In this document: piece after piece, positions 38,994 through 47,151 of the stretch
How the letters are laid out: every line of letters begins with the position of its first letter
Position numbering within the stretch: position 1 is the stretch's first letter
Assembly (NCBI GenBank): GCA_963678315.1
Contig: OY782781.1
Span: 352,001-416,000, forward strand
Length of the DNA: 64,000 nt
Direction of reading: 5' to 3'
Origin: Candidatus Cloacimonadales bacterium
GTDB lineage: Bacteria > Cloacimonadota > Cloacimonadia > Cloacimonadales > JAFGVF01
The notes under the pieces: generated by a model
Told to the model about the DNA's origin: nothing
Seen by the model: the letters and a program-made list of their open reading frames with translations, nothing else
The model's database searches: none
Program-made: the position numbers and the translations under genes

Positions 38994-39319
38994 GCTGTAA
39001 GCATAGATAATAAGCTTTGGTAAATCTTAATTGCTAGAACAAGGGAACGCGGACACTCCGAATTTGATGAAACTTGGTGAGTCAAATAAAGGTTGGTCCG
39101 CTTTAAAAGGTCTTTTCTCGATGGAAAGAGCTTTTAATAAATCATATACTCTTTGTTTTATTCTTAGCTTTCAAACATCGAATTTGAAAGCTAAGAAGCG
39201 GATCAAGTATCCGCGTTCCCTCAACAGTAGCTTAAATGAAACTGTGCTAATTTTCATTGCAAAAAACAGATTCTGTGTTTTAGGCTGTAAGCATAGATAA
39301 TAAGCTTTGGTAAATCTTA
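38994..39319. repeat. 36-bp direct repeats flanking a 180-bp inverted-repeat-bounded element
   Basis: GCTGTAAGCATAGATAATAAGCTTTGGTAAATCTTA at 38994-39029 and 39284-39319; AGGGAACGCGGACACT (39042) versus AGTATCCGCGTTCCCT (ends 39221), a 15/16 inverted match. Confidence 0.85.
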
Positions 39320-39381
39320 CAAGAAATATTGACAGCACACGACAAAGTGTTTTTATAGAAAAAAAATATTAGGTGGTCAAA

Positions 39382-39858
39382 ATGAGAATAGGTTATGGCT
39401 ATGATGTTCATAAACTTGGAGAAGATAGAAGATTAGTTCTAGGGGGAGTTGATATTCCTTTCGACAAAGGATTAGTTGGACATTCAGATGCAGATGTCTT
39501 GATTCATGCAATAATTGATGCCTTGTTAGGAGCCTTAGCATTAGGAGATATAGGTCAATTGTTTCCTGATACAGATATGGAATATAAAGACATTGATTCT
39601 AGAATATTACTGAGAGAAGCATTCAAAAGAGTTTCAGATAAAGGCTTTAGCATTGGGAATATCGATTCAACTATATGTGCTCAAAGACCAAAATTAAAAG
39701 ATTATATCCTAGAAATGAGAAAAAACCTTGCTCAAGATTTGCATACTAGTCTTGAGAATGTTTCAGTGAAAGCAACTACTGAAGAAAAATTAGGTATCTC
39801 TGGTTCTGAACAAGGAATGACAGCCCACGCTCTTGTATTGTTAAAAGAAGATAGATAA
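39382..39858 (+). CDS. ispF: 2-C-methyl-D-erythritol 2,4-cyclodiphosphate synthase
   Basis: 'MRIGYGYDVH', 'GHSDADV..HA..DALLGA', 'DIGQLFPD', 'VKATTEE'. Confidence 0.97.
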   Translation: MRIGYGYDVHKLGEDRRLVLGGVDIPFDKGLVGHSDADVLIHAIIDALLGALALGDIGQLFPDTDMEYKDIDSRILLREAFKRVSDKGFSIGNIDSTICAQRPKLKDYILEMRKNLAQDLHTSLENVSVKATTEEKLGISGSEQGMTAHALVLLKEDR

Positions 39859-39864
39859 TATTTC

Positions 39865-39893
39865 TTGACTCAAAAAAGGTGATTAACTAATTT
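39865..39893 (+). promoter_or_regulatory. Putative sigma70 promoter
   Basis: TTGACT-17 nt-TAATTT upstream of GGAGG and ATG 39927. Confidence 0.45.
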
Positions 39894-39926
39894 ATATAGA
39901 TGGTTTAGCAATAAACTGGAGGTTTT

Positions 39927-41741
39927 ATGAAAGTTTATTTATTATTAATTCTTGTCATGTTCATTTCATCTCTTGCTTGTATAAGTGTTGAAGAACTACT
40001 CCTTTTGGAAAAAACGGGAGACTACATAGTCGGCAAAGGCATTGCTGCAAGCGAAACACAGGCTGATAAAGATGCTCTTGATGATTTAGCAACTCAGATT
40101 GTTGTTAATGTTAAAAGCAGTTTTGAAGATGTAGCTGAAGAAAGCAATCAGGGTGTAAATGAATATTGCAAGAAAGTAACTAAGACTTATAGCAATGTCA
40201 ATTTAACTAATGCTTATAAATTGAAAGCAGCCAAAGAAGATGGCTTCTTTGTAGTTTATAGATATATTTCAAAACAAGCAAAAGATGCCTTCTTTAGAGA
40301 TAGATTACTTCAAGTTTCAGAGCTTGTTGATGAAGGCTATATTGCTGAAAGCAAGGGAAACATTGTAGATGCTATAAGGAATTATTACTGGGCTTTAATG
40401 CTTTTAAAAACTCACCCAGATTATAAGACATATTCTTATTACTTAGGCGGTGAAGATAAGATTCTAAATATCTCTCTTTTAAATAGAATAGATCAATTGC
40501 TTGATGATATTGAAATTGTAGTCAGCTCTAAGTCTTCTAAAGAAGATTCTAACTGTGTAGATTATGTTCTTTTAGCATCATATAAGGATGTGGGGCTTGA
40601 TGGAATAAGAGTTAAATATCATGATGGTAACATTTGGTCTAATTTTAATAAGTGGGGAAATGGCCAAGGCTATATAACTATTAGAAAAGATATAGACGGT
40701 ACAATTGACAATCTGAGATTATTAATAGATTATAAATTTGAACAATATAATTTCAGCGAAGATATTAGAAATACTCTAATGAATCTAAAAACTATAAGCT
40801 TCCCTTCTGCTGAAAAATCTATTTCTTTGAAAGAAATACAAACTAATAATCAGGAAATTGCTGAAAAAGAAGCTCCTGAAGTAAAATTTGACGAAGAGAT
40901 AAGTCTTGATAAAAAGCAGATAGTTTCAAAAATTATTGACGCTATAGAAAAGGACCAACTCAATTCTACTAGAGACTACTTCTCAATAAATGGCTTTAGA
41001 GAGCTTAATAGATTGCTAGGCTATGGTCATGCACAAATACTTCCGATTGAAATCCAGCTAACTATAATGAAAACTAATGACCTTGAAATTATTAGAAGTG
41101 TTCCTATGAGATTTTCATTCTCTACTTCTAATGAGCCTTTTGTAGAGAAAGTAAACTTCGTCTTCAATAAAGATGAAAAAATTGATGGCATAACCTTCGC
41201 TCTTTCAGATGAATCTATCAAAGACATACGCAGTAAGAAGTATGCTGACGAAAAAGAAAAGGATATGATAATCAACTTCGCTGAACAATACAAGACTGCA
41301 TATTGCCTAAAAGACCTTGATTTTATTAAAAACGTGTTTTCTAGAGATGCCTTAATCATAGTTGGGAAAATGACCAGATTAGAAGCAGACCCTCAAAGCG
41401 ATAAGCTTTACCAACAGATAGATAACAGCAAGTTTTCCTATGTAAAAATGGGGAAAGAAGAATACATTAAGAGACTAGAAAAGACATTTAGAGATAAAGA
41501 GTTTATCAACATCAGATTTGCAGATAATGTTGTTTCTAAAGTTGGAGCTAAAGATATAAAGGTCTTTGGAATGCAGATTAAACAATACTACTATTCTTCA
41601 AATTATGCTGACCAAGGATATCTATTTTTAATGTTTAATCTAAATGACCCTGACAATCCAAAAATAATGGTCAGATCCTGGCAACCAAGAAAAGCTGAAG
41701 ATGGTTCTATTTTAGGATTAGATGATTTTTTATTTGAATAA
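39927..41741 (+). CDS. Secreted LPP20-like / NTF2-like protein, paralog of 11607..13430
   Basis: Colinear motifs 'NYYW.L.LL.THPD', 'YKTAYC', 'ALIIVG', 'Q.YYS.NY.D.G.LFLMF', 'WQP'. Confidence 0.7.
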   Translation: MKVYLLLILVMFISSLACISVEELLLLEKTGDYIVGKGIAASETQADKDALDDLATQIVVNVKSSFEDVAEESNQGVNEYCKKVTKTYSNVNLTNAYKLKAAKEDGFFVVYRYISKQAKDAFFRDRLLQVSELVDEGYIAESKGNIVDAIRNYYWALMLLKTHPDYKTYSYYLGGEDKILNISLLNRIDQLLDDIEIVVSSKSSKEDSNCVDYVLLASYKDVGLDGIRVKYHDGNIWSNFNKWGNGQGYITIRKDIDGTIDNLRLLIDYKFEQYNFSEDIRNTLMNLKTISFPSAEKSISLKEIQTNNQEIAEKEAPEVKFDEEISLDKKQIVSKIIDAIEKDQLNSTRDYFSINGFRELNRLLGYGHAQILPIEIQLTIMKTNDLEIIRSVPMRFSFSTSNEPFVEKVNFVFNKDEKIDGITFALSDESIKDIRSKKYADEKEKDMIINFAEQYKTAYCLKDLDFIKNVFSRDALIIVGKMTRLEADPQSDKLYQQIDNSKFSYVKMGKEEYIKRLEKTFRDKEFINIRFADNVVSKVGAKDIKVFGMQIKQYYYSSNYADQGYLFLMFNLNDPDNPKIMVRSWQPRKAEDGSILGLDDFLFE

Positions 41742-41745
41742 AGAT

Positions 41746-41772
41746 AAAGGCAAGATAGTTAATCTTGCCTTT
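41746..41772. terminator. Bidirectional terminator between convergent genes
   Basis: AAAGGCAAGAT-AGTTA-ATCTTGCCTTT. Confidence 0.8.
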
Positions 41773-41778
41773 CAATAA

Positions 41779-42183
41779 TTATTGTAAAATATCTAGCAAT
41801 TCTACTTCAAATTTAAGTGTTGCGTTTGGAGGAATAACATTACCAGCTCCTCTTTTGCCATAAGCAAGATCTGATGGTATCTCTAAAGTTCTAACTTCAC
41901 CTATCTTCATTCCTTCAACACCTAAGTCCCAACCTTTAATCACCATCTTTGCACCTAATGTGAAAGAAAAAGGTTGATTCCTATCTTTAGAAGAATCAAA
42001 TTTAGTTCCATTCATTAACCAACCAGTATAGTGTACAGATACAGTATCACCTTTCTTTGCAACAGCTCCATTACCTTCATTCTCAATTGTGTACTTTAAT
42101 CCATTATCCATAGTCATAGTTCCTTTCTTTGTACTACACCCTAAAAATAAGAGTGTAATCATTATCAATGTTAATATTTTCAT
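41779..42183 (-). CDS. FKBP-type peptidyl-prolyl isomerase, lipoprotein
   Basis: Lipobox FLG-C; 'VHYTG...FDSS', 'VIKGWD.G', 'AYG', 'IPPNATLKFEVEL'. Confidence 0.95.
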   Translation of the reverse strand: MKILTLIMITLLFLGCSTKKGTMTMDNGLKYTIENEGNGAVAKKGDTVSVHYTGWLMNGTKFDSSKDRNQPFSFTLGAKMVIKGWDLGVEGMKIGEVRTLEIPSDLAYGKRGAGNVIPPNATLKFEVELLDILQ

Positions 42184-42379
42184 ATCTACCTCTAAGATAT
42201 TAATTTTAGTTCAATATTTAGATGATTATCTCTTGTGTAAACATATTTCTTGACTAATTTCTACATTAAATTAAAAAACAAAGAAATATAACTTTCATTA
42301 TTGCACTAAATCTTTTTCTCAATAGATGTATCATTAATGAAAAAGAGCAAAGCAGAAAAATAGAAGGAAGATGAAATAG

Positions 42380-44338
42380 ATGTGTGGAATATCAGGAGTT
42401 TTTTCTTTAACTGAAGAGAGTATTAATCTTAACCAACTTATATCAATGAGCAAGTTGATTAGACATAGAGGTCCTGATGATGAGGGCTTTTATCTAGCTA
42501 ATGACAAGAAGCAATTATTCTTAGCCGGACAAGATTCTTTGGAGGAAATCAAATCACTTTACCCCATAGCAAATAGTTCATATAAAGGCTACATTGGATT
42601 AGGATTTAGGAGACTATCTATTCTTGATTTATCAGCATCAGGTCATCAACCAATGCAAGATAGCTCAACAAGATATACAATTGTTTTTAACGGAGAGATC
42701 TATAATTATCTTGAATTAAGAGAAAAGTTAATTAACAAAGGCTATAGCTTTAAAAGCAATACAGATACAGAAGTAATACTTTCCCTTTATAAAGAATATC
42801 AAGAAAAGTGCTTCCAAATGTTAAATGGGATGTGGGCAATTGCTATTTGGGACAATCAATTAAAAGAACTTACTCTTTGTAGAGATAGATGGGGCATCAA
42901 ACCTCTATGCTATCTTAAAGATGGTCAAACTATCTACTTTGCTTCTGAAGAAAAACAGTTTAAAGCTCTAGATAAGATACTTACTCCCAATTACAATATG
43001 ATTTACCGCTATCTGAAACTTGGTTCTATGGTTAGGTATGGTGAAGAAACTTTCTATCAAGAGATTAAATGTTTAAAAGCAGCTCACTATATGAAAGTAA
43101 GTAAACAAGGCATAAGTATTAAACGATACTATGAGATGGACTTTTCTAAATTCGAGACTTATCAAGATTCCTTTACTAATGCTTGTGATGAGTATCAACT
43201 CAAATTCCAACAAGCTGTAGCTTTAAGAATGAGATCTGATGTAGAAGTTGGTTCTTGTTTAAGTGGAGGACTTGACTCTTCTGCAATAGTCTGTACTGCC
43301 AGTAAATTAACAAACAATAAGCTAAAAACCTTCTCTGCTTATTACGACCTATCTTCTGCTTATGATGAAAGAAAATGGATGAAAATTGTTAATGACCACT
43401 GTCAAGCTAATAGCCATTATATAAGTCCCAAGGTAAGTGATGTACTTGAAGATTTTACAAAGATTACCTACCAGCATGATGCTCCTGTTATAGGCTCATC
43501 TCCGGTAAGTCAATATTACGTCATGAAACAAGCAAAGCAAGCAGGCGTAACTGTAGTTTTAGATGGTCAGGGTTCAGATGAAATTACAGCTGGATATAAC
43601 CACGCTTTCTATAGATACTATGCAGATATGATAAAGAATAGAGAGTTTGGATCACTTACAAGAGAGTTTCCAGAATATTTAACTAAGCAACAAAAGGGTT
43701 CAGCTCTTGCTAAGGTAGCAAAAACTATGTTTACCCTATTCAAGAAAGAATCTTCTCTTTATAATTATGAAATCAAACATAATGTTCCTGATGTATTTAA
43801 AAGCAGATATTCAAAGAATATAATTAGTGCTGTTCAAGATATCAAAAGTTCAAAATTATCTAATTTCCAGTACAACCTCCTAAACAATATATTCTTACAA
43901 TCATTACTACACTTCGAAGATAGAAATTCTATGAGCTTCTCTCTTGAGAGTAGAGTACCCTTCTTAGATGTAAATCTTGTAGAATTCGCTTATTCTCTAC
44001 CATCTAACTACAAGATAAGAGCTTCAAAAGGGAAATTGGTCCATCGTTATGGATTAAAATCAATAGTTCCGGAAGCAATATATAATAGAAAAGACAAAGT
44101 TAACTTCTCTGCACCTGGAGAATCTGTGTGGCTGAGAAAGGAGATGAAGAATAGTTTGCAAGAAGTTATTAACTCTCGATTCTTTACATCTTCAGGAGAA
44201 TTCGACACACCAAAACTTGGAGAGATTGTTCACAATTACTTGCGTGGAGACAATAGGCATGGTTCATTAGTTTGGAAATTATATGCTCTAGGAGTTTGGT
44301 ATAATCTAAACTTTGAAGGTGCTTATGGAAGAAAATAA
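42380..44338 (+). CDS. asnB: Asparagine synthase (glutamine-hydrolysing)-family amidotransferase, probably polysaccharide-modifying
   Basis: 'MCGI', 'HRGPD', 'FNGEIYNY', 'LSGGLDSS', 'DGQGSDE', 'ESRVPFLD'; overlaps the flippase gene. Confidence 0.88.
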   Translation: MCGISGVFSLTEESINLNQLISMSKLIRHRGPDDEGFYLANDKKQLFLAGQDSLEEIKSLYPIANSSYKGYIGLGFRRLSILDLSASGHQPMQDSSTRYTIVFNGEIYNYLELREKLINKGYSFKSNTDTEVILSLYKEYQEKCFQMLNGMWAIAIWDNQLKELTLCRDRWGIKPLCYLKDGQTIYFASEEKQFKALDKILTPNYNMIYRYLKLGSMVRYGEETFYQEIKCLKAAHYMKVSKQGISIKRYYEMDFSKFETYQDSFTNACDEYQLKFQQAVALRMRSDVEVGSCLSGGLDSSAIVCTASKLTNNKLKTFSAYYDLSSAYDERKWMKIVNDHCQANSHYISPKVSDVLEDFTKITYQHDAPVIGSSPVSQYYVMKQAKQAGVTVVLDGQGSDEITAGYNHAFYRYYADMIKNREFGSLTREFPEYLTKQQKGSALAKVAKTMFTLFKKESSLYNYEIKHNVPDVFKSRYSKNIISAVQDIKSSKLSNFQYNLLNNIFLQSLLHFEDRNSMSFSLESRVPFLDVNLVEFAYSLPSNYKIRASKGKLVHRYGLKSIVPEAIYNRKDKVNFSAPGESVWLRKEMKNSLQEVINSRFFTSSGEFDTPKLGEIVHNYLRGDNRHGSLVWKLYALGVWYNLNFEGAYGRK

Positions 44339-45827
44339 GATAAAAAATACAGCTAAACTGACAGCTATATACAGCGTTAGTAATATTGTAGTTAAGATGT
44401 CTGGACTAATATTACTTCCTTTATATACAAGCTTTATTAGTCTTGAACAATATGGTTTGTTAGCTTTATATGAGATAGTATATGAAGTATTAAACCTACT
44501 AGCTGGCTTGGGAATAGATAGTGCTTTAACTCGTTGGTATTATGATGATAAGACTGGTTACGACAAGAAAACAATTACCTTTAACGCATCACTGGTCTCA
44601 CATATAACCACTCTAGTAGTAATGCTACTTGGTTACTTCTCAATCTATGGTTTCTCAAGCAATCTATTTGGGACTAAGCAGCCGCAAACTTTAATAATTT
44701 GGTTTATGGTAAGTAATCTAACTAGAATACTGATAAGACATCCTCTAGTTCTAATGAGAACTCAACAGTATGCTGTCAGACAGACCATAATCAACATCTT
44801 GAAAACCGCCTTTGTTATCGGCTTTAGTTTTATTACCATTGCCTATTTTAAAATGGGATTAATGGGTATTTTTATTGCAGAAACTATAGCAAACATTTTA
44901 GTTCTACCTTATTTATATATGCATCTTATTAAGCATATTGACTTCAAGTATGAACCAAAACTTATTAAAGAAATGCTAGCTTTTTCTTTACCATTAGTTA
45001 CATCTTGGGTGCTAACACTGGTTCTTACTCTTTCTGATAGATATATAATTAAGTATTTTGGCACACTGGGAGATGTAGGTACTTACACACTAGCATATAA
45101 AATTTCAAACATTATTAGAGTACTAGTTGTTCATTCATTCGCTCAAGCATATATTCCAATCTTCTATAAATCAATGCATGATGAAGATAGTAAGAGTTTT
45201 TATATAAAGTCTTTTAACTATTACACCTTCATTTCTATTGTTATTGCCCTTAGTTTAACTATCTTCGGACAAGAAGCAATCAGGATAGTAGCTCAATCAT
45301 CAGATTATTGGTCGGCTTATACAATCCTACCATACTTAGTTATTGGAACTATATTCTCGGGATTCATACAGATGCTAGTTCTACCTCTGCAAAAACATAA
45401 GAAGACTAAAACTATTTCGATAATTAATTTACTTGCAGGGATACATAATATTGTATTAAATATAATTCTAGTCCCATATTTAGGAATTATTGGTGCTGCC
45501 CTTGCCACAGCCTTAACAAACTTGTTTGTTGCACTTGTTTATTACTACTTTACATACAAACTAGAAAAGATTCGCTACGAAGAAATGAAGGTTGTGTTTG
45601 CATTATTCTGGTGCATAATAATTTCGGCTATTGCTTTATATATTGCAGACCTACCACTAGGTCAAAGGCTTCCTCTTAAAATAGCACTATTTATTAGTTT
45701 CCCAATAATAATGTACTTTAGTAAATTCTATTCTAAGCAGGAACTTTCAGATATTAGACATGCTATTAAACAGCTGAAAAACTCTGGGAAATTTAAGATA
45801 TTAAATAGGAAAAAAGACAATGAATGA
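44325..45827 (+). CDS. Wzx-type oligosaccharide flippase
   Basis: Many TM helices; 'ILLPLYT...YG', 'FSLPL', 'DRYII...VGTY.LAYK', 'NIILVP.LG..GAA.AT'. Confidence 0.9.
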   Translation: MEENKIKNTAKLTAIYSVSNIVVKMSGLILLPLYTSFISLEQYGLLALYEIVYEVLNLLAGLGIDSALTRWYYDDKTGYDKKTITFNASLVSHITTLVVMLLGYFSIYGFSSNLFGTKQPQTLIIWFMVSNLTRILIRHPLVLMRTQQYAVRQTIINILKTAFVIGFSFITIAYFKMGLMGIFIAETIANILVLPYLYMHLIKHIDFKYEPKLIKEMLAFSLPLVTSWVLTLVLTLSDRYIIKYFGTLGDVGTYTLAYKISNIIRVLVVHSFAQAYIPIFYKSMHDEDSKSFYIKSFNYYTFISIVIALSLTIFGQEAIRIVAQSSDYWSAYTILPYLVIGTIFSGFIQMLVLPLQKHKKTKTISIINLLAGIHNIVLNIILVPYLGIIGAALATALTNLFVALVYYYFTYKLEKIRYEEMKVVFALFWCIIISAIALYIADLPLGQRLPLKIALFISFPIIMYFSKFYSKQELSDIRHAIKQLKNSGKFKILNRKKDNE

Positions 45828-47151
45828 TATTGATATATTTAGCGTTAATGAGATTAACTTTCATCTAAAAAACATCTTAGAATCAAATGTCCCTAATCTC
45901 TATGTAGAAGGTGAAATCAGTAACTTCATTAGGCACTCTTCAGGACATATTTACTTCTCACTAAAAGATGATTCTTCCTCAATAAGATGTGTCTTCTTCA
46001 AACAAAATAATTACTCTCTAGGCTTCTTTCCTAGAAATGGGAATAAAGTAATTGTCTTTGGTAAAATCACCTTATATGTGAAGGGTGGCAACTATCAAAT
46101 CAATGTTTTGAATATGTATGACGCTGGCAAAGGTATTCTGCAAATTAAATTTGAACAACTCAAAAACAAGCTCCAAAGTCAAGGATACTTCGATGCTCAA
46201 TACAAAAAAGTACTACCTAAGTTTCCTAAAAAGATTGGCGTAATAACTTCAAAAACAGGAGCTGCCTTCCAAGATATTAAGAATGTCATTTTTAGAAGAT
46301 ATCCCGTTGAACTGATTCTATTTCCTGCTACAGTTCAAGGAGACATGGCTGTTTCTGAAGTTGTAAAGGGAATAGAATATTTCAGCAATAGCTTGGATGT
46401 AGATGTAATTATTCTAGCTCGTGGAGGAGGTTCTCAGGAAGATTTATTTGTCTTTAACTCAGAAGAAATTGCCCAAGCAATATTCGATTGTCCTATTCCA
46501 ATTATCACCGGTATTGGTCACGAGATAGATTTTACTATTGCCGATTTTGTAGCAGACCTAAGAACACCAACCCCTTCTGCTGCTGCTGAAATTGCAGTTC
46601 CTGACAGAAATGACTTGATTAACACTCTGCATAAATACCATAGAGAAATAGCTATGGAAATCGACTCTAAACTAAGCAAGCATCATCAATTGCTGACTAA
46701 TAGAGAACTTAGATTGAGTAGGATGAATATTCCTCAACAAGTAGGACAACATAGATTAGAGCTTCATGAAATAATCAAGAAATATCAAGAATTCGGTAGA
46801 TTAGGAGATTACATATCTCAGAAGTTTCAGCTTCTAAAAAACAGATTTGACAGTAGTTTCACATCAACTAAGAAGATTGCACTAGCTAAACATTCTAATC
46901 AACTAGAAAATATCCAAAAGAGACTTAATGATAATTGGCTTTCTAGGCATGATAAAGAGATCTATAATTTAACTATTCTAAAGAATAATCTTGAGAATAA
47001 ATCACCACAAAAGATACTATCTAAAGGCTATGCTTATATTACTAAAGCAGACACTATCGTAGCTAGTAGCAAAGAGCTTAAAGCCAAAGATGAGATTAAC
47101 ATTAGTTTCTCTGATGGCTCAGTCAAAGCTGTAGTTAAGAAGAGTGATTAA
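45820..47151 (+). CDS. xseA: Exodeoxyribonuclease VII large subunit
   Basis: 'VEGEISNF....SGHIYFSLKD', 'ARGGGSQEDL', 'GIGHEIDFTIADFVAD.R.PTPSAAAE'. Confidence 0.96.
   Translation: MNDIDIFSVNEINFHLKNILESNVPNLYVEGEISNFIRHSSGHIYFSLKDDSSSIRCVFFKQNNYSLGFFPRNGNKVIVFGKITLYVKGGNYQINVLNMYDAGKGILQIKFEQLKNKLQSQGYFDAQYKKVLPKFPKKIGVITSKTGAAFQDIKNVIFRRYPVELILFPATVQGDMAVSEVVKGIEYFSNSLDVDVIILARGGGSQEDLFVFNSEEIAQAIFDCPIPIITGIGHEIDFTIADFVADLRTPTPSAAAEIAVPDRNDLINTLHKYHREIAMEIDSKLSKHHQLLTNRELRLSRMNIPQQVGQHRLELHEIIKKYQEFGRLGDYISQKFQLLKNRFDSSFTSTKKIALAKHSNQLENIQKRLNDNWLSRHDKEIYNLTILKNNLENKSPQKILSKGYAYITKADTIVASSKELKAKDEINISFSDGSVKAVVKKSD

Noticed and set aside
38994..39319. Mini-CRISPR suggested by two 36-bp direct repeats
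   Set aside because: The 254-bp interval is far too long for a spacer, there are only two copies, and no cas genes are present.
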